Positions 1 through 7,804 of a stretch of DNA of 64,000 nucleotides are shown piece after piece. Position numbers and translations under genes: made by a program. Positions within the stretch are counted from its first letter, which is position 1. Every line of letters starts with the position of its first letter. Location: positions 172,318 through 236,317 of the forward strand of contig OY776633.1 in assembly GCA_963675855.1 (NCBI GenBank), read 5' to 3'. Below the pieces are notes generated by a model. It was not told the DNA's origin. It made no database searches and worked only from the letters and a program-made list of their open reading frames with translations. This DNA is from Christensenellaceae bacterium. Lineage in GTDB: Bacteria; Bacillota; Clostridia; Christensenellales; CAG-138.

Positions 1-2
1 AA

Positions 3-896
3 TCCAAGGCCGCCATAGACGCGCAGCTGGAGTGGGAAACGAAATACTGGGACCGGCTTGTAGCGCACGTGGACATCGGCGTGGACGAAAACGACGCGGA
101 GCTCTCCGCCGTGGACACCCGCGCGATGACCTATTACCGCGACCTGCGCCGCCCGCTGAGAGACCGCGTCATCGACGAGCGCCGCTGGGTCTACCTGCAC
201 TGGCCAACCATGGCCGACGCGCAGAAGGCCGGCATGTGCTACGACAATTTTTATGAGTTTTTCCTCTCCGCCGCGCTGGTCGATTACGAGCAGATGGGGC
301 GCGATATGGAGCCGCTCGTCGAACTCATGGAAAAAACCGACATGGTGCGCCTCCTCGGCCCCGGCACGGACCTGACGTTCTCGATCAAGGATATTCCCGT
401 CGTGCCCTGCAACGGCGAACTGAACATCCCCGACGGCGAAGTATACACCGCGCCCGTGCGCGAGAGCGCCAACGGCGTCGTGCAGTACAACACGCCCGCC
501 ATGCGCTACGGAAAGAAGTTTGACAACCCGCGGCTCGTCTTTAAAAACGGTCATATCGACGAGGCGGACTGCGACGGCGACGCCGCAGGCTTCAACGAGA
601 TGCTCAACGCCGACGAAGGCGCGCGCTACCTCGGCGAGTTCGCCATCGGCGTGAACAACGCGGTGACCAAATCCATCGGCAACACGCTCTACGACGAAAA
701 GATCGGCGGCTCGTTCCACCTCACGCCCGGCTGCGCGTACGCCGACGCGTTCAACGGAAACAAGAGCCAGCTGCACCTCGACATCGTCTGCATCCAGACG
801 AAGGCGTTCGGCGGCGGCGAGATCTGGTTCGACGGCAAGCTCGTGCGCAAGGACGGCGTGTTCCTGCCCGACTCGCTGAAAGGGCTGAATCCGTAA
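3..896 (+). CDS. M29-family aminopeptidase (AmpS/PepS-like); 5' end lies outside the window
   Basis: The frame is open from the window edge into ORF 69..896. The translation has M29-like motifs (NGELNIPDGEVYTAP, EGARYLGEFAIGVN, DEKIGGSFHLTPG). Confidence 0.8.
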   Translation, partial: SKAAIDAQLEWETKYWDRLVAHVDIGVDENDAELSAVDTRAMTYYRDLRRPLRDRVIDERRWVYLHWPTMADAQKAGMCYDNFYEFFLSAALVDYEQMGRDMEPLVELMEKTDMVRLLGPGTDLTFSIKDIPVVPCNGELNIPDGEVYTAPVRESANGVVQYNTPAMRYGKKFDNPRLVFKNGHIDEADCDGDAAGFNEMLNADEGARYLGEFAIGVNNAVTKSIGNTLYDEKIGGSFHLTPGCAYADAFNGNKSQLHLDIVCIQTKAFGGGEIWFDGKLVRKDGVFLPDSLKGLNP

Positions 897-962
897 GATT
901 GGGAGCGTTATTGCGCGGTGCCGCCCCGGCGCGCGCGGTTGCATGATAAGGTCGTGAAAAAG

Positions 963-1817
963 ATGAAACAATCCGCCCGCGTCTGGGCAGTCGATATTCT
1001 CCTGTTCGTGCTGGGCAGCGCGATGGTCGCCGCAGGGCTGGTGCTCTTTACCATACCCAACGACATCGCGCCCGGCGGCGTCTCCGGCCTGGCGACGGCT
1101 CTGGCCTACATATCACCCATATCGGTCGGCATATGGACGCTGCTGCTCAATATCCCGCTCATCGTGCTCGCCTGGTGGAAGCTCGGTTTCCGCCCGCTGA
1201 CAAAGACGATCCTGACTACGGTGCTGCTTTCGGGATTCATCGAGCTGTTTTTGCGTGTTCTGCCGTCGTATACGAACAACATCCTGCTTGCGTCCGTGCT
1301 CGGCGGCGTGCTCTGCGGCGCAGGCATGGGCGCGATCTTCGTGCGCGGCGCAACCACGGGCGGTACTGACCTGATCAGCCTGCTTCTTAACCGCATCTTC
1401 CCGAACACCTCGGTCGGTTCGCTGCTGCTCGTCGTGGACGCGATGGTCGTTGTGTTCGCCGTGTGCGTGTTCCGCAACATCGAGGTTGCGCTGTATTCTA
1501 TCGTAACCATCTTCGTAACAACCCGCACGATCGACGCGATCATGCAGGGCGTGGACCACGCCAAAGTCATCTACATCGTCACGGAGCGCGGGGACGATAT
1601 CCTCGCGCTGCTGGCGGAGGATCTGGGGCGCGGCGTGACCGTTTTGCAGGGACGCGGCGGCTATACGCGGCGGGACAAGCACGTGCTTATGCTCGTCGTG
1701 CGGCGCAACTCCTTTGCCCAGACGCTCAAGTCGATCAAGCAGATCGACAAGCAGGCGTTCATCTTCGTCACCGACGCGACGGAAGTGCATGGGGAAGGGT
1801 TTAAGCCGATGGAGTAA
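963..1817 (+). CDS. YitT-family membrane protein with C-terminal DUF2179-like domain
   Basis: ORF 918..1817. The ATG at 963 (MKQSARVW...) follows an AAGG-type RBS. Multi-TM N-terminal half (PNDIAPGGVSGLATALAY) and soluble C-terminus (GVTVLQGRGGYT) are typical of YitT. Confidence 0.8.
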   Translation: MKQSARVWAVDILLFVLGSAMVAAGLVLFTIPNDIAPGGVSGLATALAYISPISVGIWTLLLNIPLIVLAWWKLGFRPLTKTILTTVLLSGFIELFLRVLPSYTNNILLASVLGGVLCGAGMGAIFVRGATTGGTDLISLLLNRIFPNTSVGSLLLVVDAMVVVFAVCVFRNIEVALYSIVTIFVTTRTIDAIMQGVDHAKVIYIVTERGDDILALLAEDLGRGVTVLQGRGGYTRRDKHVLMLVVRRNSFAQTLKSIKQIDKQAFIFVTDATEVHGEGFKPME

Positions 1818-1833
1818 AGTTCTAAATAATAAA

Positions 1834-1860
1834 CCCTCCGATTTTATCGGAGGGCTTTAT
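1834..1860. terminator. bidirectional intrinsic terminator between yitT-like and gtrA-like genes
   Basis: 9-bp stem CCCTCCGAT/ATCGGAGGG with a 3-nt loop, flanked by T-rich tracts on both strands. Confidence 0.7.
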
Positions 1861-1871
1861 TTATATGCTGT

Positions 1872-2390
1872 CTACTCTTCCGCCTGCATCCGCGCAAGTT
1901 CCGCCTGACCCTGCTTATTGGTAAACATATGCTTGCGGTAGACGATAAAGCGGTACACGGAAAACTCTGTTACGAAGTTGATCACCATGGTGCCGAGCAG
2001 CACGACGTAATAATTCCAGCCGATGCGCGTCAGCGCCTCGCCCCACCAGGTGGACAGCGGCGTGAAGATCAGATAGTAGATGATGATCTGCGTCATCGCC
2101 AGCGGCACGTTCTTGGCGGACTTGAACGTGAACTTCCGGTTGACCGTAAAGTTATACAGCACCGAGAGCGTCAGCGCGATGAGGTAACTCGGCCAGTACG
2201 GCCAGTGGATCGTCTCGTTCATCAGCGTAAACGAAGCGAACTGAATCACGCCCGCCGAGGCGGAGAAGACGAGGAATTTTAATCCCTGAATGATATTCTG
2301 TTTCTTCGTGAGCTTCACCGGCGTTTTCCCGCTCGGTTCCTGCACAGGATTCTGTTCGTTCTGTTCCGTAGTCTTATCCTCCGATATCAT
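1872..2390 (-). CDS. GtrA-family membrane protein
   Basis: 172 aa with 4 predicted TM segments and the motif NRKFTFKS typical of GtrA-like proteins. Its start overlaps the upstream stop by 4 bp (ATGA). Confidence 0.75.
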   Translation of the reverse strand: MISEDKTTEQNEQNPVQEPSGKTPVKLTKKQNIIQGLKFLVFSASAGVIQFASFTLMNETIHWPYWPSYLIALTLSVLYNFTVNRKFTFKSAKNVPLAMTQIIIYYLIFTPLSTWWGEALTRIGWNYYVVLLGTMVINFVTEFSVYRFIVYRKHMFTNKQGQAELARMQAEE

Positions 2391-4297
2391 AATTTCTCGG
2401 TTTGTACGCCGTCTTCCGGCGTGTGTTTTTCCGGCGCGGAGAAAAACGAGATGGAGTTTTTGCCTTTTTGCTTCACCTGGTAGAGCGCCTTGTCCGCCGC
2501 CCGGTAGAGCTTTTCGAACGTATCGCCGTCCCGGTCGTAGATCGCCACGCCGACGCTGACCGATACCGTAATGCCGATCTTCCGGCTTAAATCCGCCATC
2601 TCGGTGCAGAGGGCTTCCGCCTTTTCCAGCGCGACGCCATCCTCTTCGATGTCCTTGAGAAACACCATATACTCGTCGCCTCCGGTGCGCGAAAGATAGT
2701 CTCCCGCCCTGAAGAGGCGCTTCATCCTTGCAGCGAAATCGGCGAGGAGTTTATCTCCGGTCGCGTGTCCGAGCGTATCGTTGACCGCCTTGAACCGGTC
2801 GAAATCCAGAAACAGGAGTGCGTGCTTTCCATTTTTCCCTTCGCCGGAAAGGAATTCTTTTACGCTGCGTTCAAGGGCTCCGCGGTTGAGCAGGTTTGTC
2901 AGCGGGTCGCTGTCCGCCTGCTGAATCAGTTTTTGCATGGATTTTTTCTGACGATGGATATCGGCGATTTTACCGACAAATTCCACCGCCTGCCCGTTCT
3001 GATCCAGCACGGCGAATATCTCCAACCGCTTCCAGCGAACCATTCCGCGCGAATCGACCATACGCAGCTCTTCGTATGCTTCGGTCGCGCCGTTGATGAG
3101 TCCTTGTATGGTGGCGCGAAAACGCATCCTGTCCTCCTGCAGGAACAACGAATAGCAGGCATCCATCTTTTCGATCGAGCACGCCGGCGGCGAAAAACCG
3201 AACATGGCGTCAAAATTTTCATTGAACAGCACTTCGCCGGATAAACGGTCGATGTGGAAGAATACCTCGTTGGAGAGCTGCGAAAGCAGTTGGTACCGCT
3301 GCGCGCTCTGCTGTAAAAGATCACGGTCTTTTTCGATCTTGCGCACCGTCGCGCGTTCGTGCAGGTAGGACTGTACGGAGAGCGAAATACCCACCACAAG
3401 CATGATGAACAACATGCCCGTCTGGTAGACGCTTACCTGATGCTGGATATAATCCGCCGTGCTTCCGGGCGCCATTGTGATGATATACCAGCCGCACACG
3501 CCGGTCGCTTCGCATATGGCGTGATATGTTTCTTCGTTGTAGTTGAAATGAAAACGAATCTGGCTTTGCCGGCCAAGGTCGCTCGTCAACTGCGCCAGCC
3601 GGTAATCCTTATCCAGCGTCTGGTCGTTGACCAATTCGAAAAGATTGGTGCCCGCTTGCAGGATATCCTCCTTGTCTTCCGAAAAGAGAACGGTTCCCTG
3701 CTCGTCCGTTACGAGCGAAAACGCTGTCCCATCGTATGCGTGCGTTGTTAGCAGCCTGGAAAAATACTTGTTGTCCAGCGTGATGAAAAGCACGCCGTCC
3801 TCGCCGGTTTTCGGATGCACAATCGCGGAGATAAGCACGTCCGTCAACCCGTCCCTCAGATTCATCGAGGCGGTCGTTATGACCGTTTCACCGCGGATGC
3901 TTCGCTGAAACCAATCACAATGCGCGACGCTGAACGTCTCTTTGTCGCTGTAAAACAAAATGCCTTTTTCGTTTGCATAACCGATCTCCGCGTCGTTAGC
4001 GTCGCCCAGCATCTCGGTTCGCAGCGCTTCGACCAGCGTGTTCGGGCCTGTATCGCTGTTGTAGTCGGCGACAAGCGTCACGCGCGTGGTCAGCAGATCA
4101 ACGTGCCGTTCGAGCGCGATGCGCTGGGTTCTTGTTGAATCCTGGAGTATTTGAAAGGTACCTTCGTGAATCTCGGATTCGATCTGGTATTTCGTTGCAA
4201 AAAAAGCGATGACAACGACGATAACCGCGAAAACCGGAAATCCAAAATATCGCATCAGTTCGGTTATGAATGAACGTGCGGATCCGCTCCGCTTCAT
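2387..4297 (-). CDS. sensor diguanylate cyclase (TM - Cache-like periplasmic domain - TM - PAS - GGDEF)
   Basis: C-terminal GGDEF domain with an RAGD (RxxD I-site) five residues before GGDEY. Contains a PAS-like segment and two TM segments. Start is taken at MKRSGSARS (4297); the ORF extends to 4357. Confidence 0.85.
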   Translation of the reverse strand: MKRSGSARSFITELMRYFGFPVFAVIVVVIAFFATKYQIESEIHEGTFQILQDSTRTQRIALERHVDLLTTRVTLVADYNSDTGPNTLVEALRTEMLGDANDAEIGYANEKGILFYSDKETFSVAHCDWFQRSIRGETVITTASMNLRDGLTDVLISAIVHPKTGEDGVLFITLDNKYFSRLLTTHAYDGTAFSLVTDEQGTVLFSEDKEDILQAGTNLFELVNDQTLDKDYRLAQLTSDLGRQSQIRFHFNYNEETYHAICEATGVCGWYIITMAPGSTADYIQHQVSVYQTGMLFIMLVVGISLSVQSYLHERATVRKIEKDRDLLQQSAQRYQLLSQLSNEVFFHIDRLSGEVLFNENFDAMFGFSPPACSIEKMDACYSLFLQEDRMRFRATIQGLINGATEAYEELRMVDSRGMVRWKRLEIFAVLDQNGQAVEFVGKIADIHRQKKSMQKLIQQADSDPLTNLLNRGALERSVKEFLSGEGKNGKHALLFLDFDRFKAVNDTLGHATGDKLLADFAARMKRLFRAGDYLSRTGGDEYMVFLKDIEEDGVALEKAEALCTEMADLSRKIGITVSVSVGVAIYDRDGDTFEKLYRAADKALYQVKQKGKNSISFFSAPEKHTPEDGVQTEKL

Positions 4298-4460
4298 AGA
4301 AACCGCCTTCCTGTTTCGCCGAAATTCCTTTCCGCATGTTAAACGGCGAATTACCATGTGATGTTACATTGCATTCTTTCAAGATTATATCGGGTAATCC
4401 GTAAATTGTCATCCAAAAAGAAAAAAACTCCCGTTTCATCGCTATTCTTCATGTGCTAAA

Positions 4461-4505
4461 ATAAAAAAAGCGGGCGGTTTCCATTTATAACGGAAACCGT
4501 CCGCT
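4461..4505 (-). terminator. intrinsic terminator downstream of the malic enzyme gene
   Basis: 14-bp stem (AGCGGGCGGTTTCC / GGAAACCGTCCGCT), followed on the minus strand by a T7 run. Confidence 0.8.
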
Positions 4506-4532
4506 TTGTCTTGTGAAAATCTCTTCGTTCGA

Positions 4533-5708
4533 TTAAATACGCGCAACCCCGCTCTTTCTGGCCGCCTCGGCGACAGCCGCCGCGACGGTCTTACCCACGC
4601 GCGGATCAAACGCCTTGGGTATGATGTAATCCGGCGAAAGATCCTCGGCGGAAATCAGCCCGGCCAGCGCGTACGCGGCGGCGATCTTCATCTCGTCGTT
4701 GATGTCGCGCGCGCGCACGTCGAACGTACCGCGGAAGATACCCGGAAACGCCAACACGTTGTTGATCTGGTTTGGAAAGTCGCTCCTGCCCGTCGCGATG
4801 ACTTTTGCGCCGCCTTCCTTCGCCTCGTCCGGAAAGATCTCCGGCGTGGGGTTGGCGCAGGCGAAGATGACCGCGTCCTTGTTCATGGTCTTTACCATGT
4901 CCACGCTGACCATCTTCGGCGCGGAGACGCCGAGGAACACGTCCGCGCCCTTGATCACGTCCGACAGCGACCCCTGCCGCTTTTCACGGTTGGTGACGAG
5001 CGCCATCTCCTCCTTGATCCAGTTCATGCCTTCTTTGCGCCCTTCGTAGATCGCGCCTTTGCGGTCGCACAGCGTCACGTCGGCAAACCCGTCGGACAGC
5101 AGCAGCTTTGTCACGCTGACGGCCGCCGCGCCCGCGCCGTTGATGACGATCTTCACGTCTTCCTTCTTTTTACCGACCACCTTCAACGCGTTGATCATCC
5201 CCGCGAGCGTAACCACCGCGGTGCCGTGCTGGTCGTCGTGGAAGATCGGAATATCGCATTTCTCTTTAAGCTTGCGCTCGATTTCGAAGCAGCGGGGCGC
5301 CGCGATATCCTCGAGGTTGATGCCGCCGAAGCTGCCGCTGATGAGATACACCGTGTTGACGATATCGTCCACTTCCTTGCTCTTGACGCAGAGCGGAAAA
5401 GCGTCCACGTCGCCAAACGCCTTGAAGAGCACGCACTTGCCCTCCATCACCGGCATGCCCGCCTCCGGGCCGATGTCGCCCAGGCCCAGCACGGCGGTTC
5501 CGTCGGTGACCACCGCGCAGAGGTTCCAGCGGCGCGTCAGGTCGTAACTGAGGTCTACATCCTTCTGAATCTCGAGGCAGGGCTGCGCGACCCCCGGCGT
5601 ATATGCCAGCGAGAGGTCTTCGCGCGTGGCGACCGGCACGGTCGCCACAACCTCGATTTTGCCTTTCCAGTCATAGTGCAGGCGGAGCGATTCCTTTGCG
5701 TAATCCAT
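4533..5708 (-). CDS. NAD(P)-dependent malic enzyme (short, MaeB N-terminal type)
   Basis: 391 aa. N-terminus LHYDWKGKIEV...LSLAYTPGVA and the NAD-binding GAGAAA motif are characteristic of bacterial malic enzymes. Confidence 0.9.
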   Translation of the reverse strand: MDYAKESLRLHYDWKGKIEVVATVPVATREDLSLAYTPGVAQPCLEIQKDVDLSYDLTRRWNLCAVVTDGTAVLGLGDIGPEAGMPVMEGKCVLFKAFGDVDAFPLCVKSKEVDDIVNTVYLISGSFGGINLEDIAAPRCFEIERKLKEKCDIPIFHDDQHGTAVVTLAGMINALKVVGKKKEDVKIVINGAGAAAVSVTKLLLSDGFADVTLCDRKGAIYEGRKEGMNWIKEEMALVTNREKRQGSLSDVIKGADVFLGVSAPKMVSVDMVKTMNKDAVIFACANPTPEIFPDEAKEGGAKVIATGRSDFPNQINNVLAFPGIFRGTFDVRARDINDEMKIAAAYALAGLISAEDLSPDYIIPKAFDPRVGKTVAAAVAEAARKSGVARI

Positions 5709-5741
5709 TGATGCGATTCTCCTTATTCTTAATATGAACCG

Positions 5742-6854
5742 TTACTGCTCAAACGGGAATTTGTAGGGCAGGTTCTTTTTGTCGCGGATTGCGATAAATT
5801 CCTTCTGCACCGCTTCGCCGACGGGTACGCCCTTGTCCTTGCGAATCTGCCAGACGTCCCATTCCTTCTCACCCGCGGTATAGATGCGGCTCTCACCCGG
5901 CGCTTTTTCGGAAGCGCGCAGCTCGCGCAGGATATCGCCCGCTATCTTTTTGAACGTATTCAATCCGCAGAACGCCTCGGGGTCGATCACGATGAAGAAA
6001 TGTCCGAGGTGGTAGGGCTTTTTGTTGCCGTTTTCGTCTACGTCGACGCACATCTTGAGGAAGCTGCCCGCCTGCAGCGCGGCGGAGAAAATCTCGACCA
6101 CGGTCGCGTAACCGTATCCTTTATAACCGGCCAGCTCTTCGCCGATGCCGCCAAGCGGCGCGAGCGCGGCGGTGCCGTTCGTGAGGCCCTTGAGGATAGC
6201 GGGACTGTCCGTCATGGCGCTGCCGTCGCGGCCGATGACCATGCCCGCGGGGGTGTCCTTTCCGGAGCGTGCGTAGTACTCGATCTTGCCGCGCTGGCTG
6301 ATGCTCGTTGCGCAGTCCAGCGTGAAGGGAAAGTCCTCGTCCGTCGGCAGGCCGTATGTCATCGGATTGGTGCCGAGCATGTTTTCCACGCCGAACGTCG
6401 GGGCGATGCTCGGGCGCGCGTTCGTGCCGGAAATGCCGATTAGTCCTTCGTTTACCGCCATGCTGGTCCAGTAGCCCGCAATGCCGTAGTGGGAGCTGTT
6501 GCGGATGGCCGCCATCGCCATGCCATATTTTTTGGCTTTTTCGATGATGGTTTTCATCGCCTTGTGGCTGGCGACCATGCCCATGCCGTCGTGCGCGTCC
6601 ACGACCAGCGTGGTCGGTGTGTCTTTTACCACCTCATACTCGGTAACGGGGTTGAGTATGCCTTTATCGATTCGGTCTAGGTAGATGGGCTTAAAGCGGT
6701 TGCAGCCATGGCTTTCGATGCCGCGGCGGTCGCTTTCGAGCAGCACGTCCGTGCAAATCTTAGCATCCTCCAGCGGCACGCCATAGGCGGTAAAGCTGTC
6801 GATCATGAAATTCTGAATCATATCCCACGGGATATACGGTCTTGTTTCTTCCAT
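5742..6854 (-). CDS. Ldh_2-family oxidoreductase (malate/L-lactate/sulfolactate dehydrogenase family 2)
   Basis: 370 aa with DRRGIESHGCNRF and NSSHYGIAGYW motifs typical of the Ldh_2 family. Sits 33 bp upstream of the malic enzyme gene. Confidence 0.8.
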   Translation of the reverse strand: MEETRPYIPWDMIQNFMIDSFTAYGVPLEDAKICTDVLLESDRRGIESHGCNRFKPIYLDRIDKGILNPVTEYEVVKDTPTTLVVDAHDGMGMVASHKAMKTIIEKAKKYGMAMAAIRNSSHYGIAGYWTSMAVNEGLIGISGTNARPSIAPTFGVENMLGTNPMTYGLPTDEDFPFTLDCATSISQRGKIEYYARSGKDTPAGMVIGRDGSAMTDSPAILKGLTNGTAALAPLGGIGEELAGYKGYGYATVVEIFSAALQAGSFLKMCVDVDENGNKKPYHLGHFFIVIDPEAFCGLNTFKKIAGDILRELRASEKAPGESRIYTAGEKEWDVWQIRKDKGVPVGEAVQKEFIAIRDKKNLPYKFPFEQ

Positions 6855-7139
6855 CAGTCAGTTCCTCCTGTTCAATTGTTCTGAAAATGATATCCTGTCG
6901 GACTGAAGCGATGTCTTTTTCCCGCTCTTTGCCTTCGAAATCGACAAGGGCATGAAAAAAGGAGCATACGCAAACAATCCCGTGCGCCGCTCCAAACTCC
7001 AAATCTCAGTGGAACTTTTGTACATGATTATCATATCCCCAAAAAAGTCGGCTGTCAAATCTGATTTTCATGTTTTTTCGTCTTCCCGCTTGCGCTTTTA
7101 AGCAAAGTTTCATATGCTAGTATCAAATTCGATTTATTA

Positions 7140-7727
7140 GTGAGGTCCGCCTTGCAGCACGCCGCACAACAACTCTATGAACAGCTTCAAGCCAACCCCG
7201 TCGCCGCCACCGCCGGAAACATGGAGGAACTCGCGCTCGCACTCGAATCCGACTGCCGCGTGGTGTTCCTGCTCATGGGAGACGTGCTCGACATCGGCGA
7301 CCTGACGCGCCGCGTCCACGAGCGCGGCAAGCTCTGCGTGATCCATCTCGACCTGATCGAAGGGTTCTCGAGCAAGGAGATCGCCGTGGACGCCGTTTGC
7401 GAACAAACGGGCGCAAACGGCATCATCAGCACGCGCGGCGCGCTGATCAAGCGGGCAAAGCAGCTCGGCATGGCCGCCATCCAACGCGGGTTTATGCTCG
7501 ACTCTCGCTCCCTCAATAGTTTCGAGCAGCAGATCCGGCAGAGCAGACCGGACTTCGTCGAGATTCTGCCGGGACTTTTACCCAAAGTGATCGCCACGCT
7601 GAAAGAACGCGTGGATGTACCCATCATCGCGGGCGGGTTCATCCACGAAAAGGAGGACGTCATCGCCGCCCTGCAGGCGGGCGCGCTCGCCGTATCCGCA
7701 TCCAGCCCGAATGTCTGGACGCTGTAA
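7140..7727 (+). CDS. glpP: glycerol-3-phosphate-responsive antiterminator GlpP
   Basis: 195 aa. VFLL.GD...L...V...GK.V.IHLDLIEG and ILPG..PK.I......PIIAGG are the GlpP signature. The start codon (GTG 7140) is uncertain. Confidence 0.75.
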   Translation: MRSALQHAAQQLYEQLQANPVAATAGNMEELALALESDCRVVFLLMGDVLDIGDLTRRVHERGKLCVIHLDLIEGFSSKEIAVDAVCEQTGANGIISTRGALIKRAKQLGMAAIQRGFMLDSRSLNSFEQQIRQSRPDFVEILPGLLPKVIATLKERVDVPIIAGGFIHEKEDVIAALQAGALAVSASSPNVWTL

Positions 7728-7756
7728 TGTCGCGGCAACACGTTGCGACATAATAA

Positions 7757-7782
7757 AAACCCGCCGTACGGCGGGTTTTTTG
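7757..7782. terminator. bidirectional intrinsic terminator (glpP / NAGPA-like gene)
   Basis: CCCGCC-GTAC-GGCGGG hairpin with an A-run before and a T-run after. Confidence 0.8.
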
Positions 7783-7804
7783 ATTCTGATAGAAGCAGCG
7801 AGCA

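Noticed and set aside
4506-5711. 401-aa plus-strand ORF antisense to the malic enzyme gene. Similar long antisense ORFs occur at 7919-10024, 14859-16145, 16395-18146, 26619-27671, 28072-29325, 34961-36145, 58948-60207 and 62049-63251.
   Set aside because: Their translations are Arg/Ala/Gly/His-rich low-complexity sequence with no motifs. Each lies opposite a strongly recognisable gene. This is the typical stop-codon-poor antisense-frame artefact of high-GC DNA.
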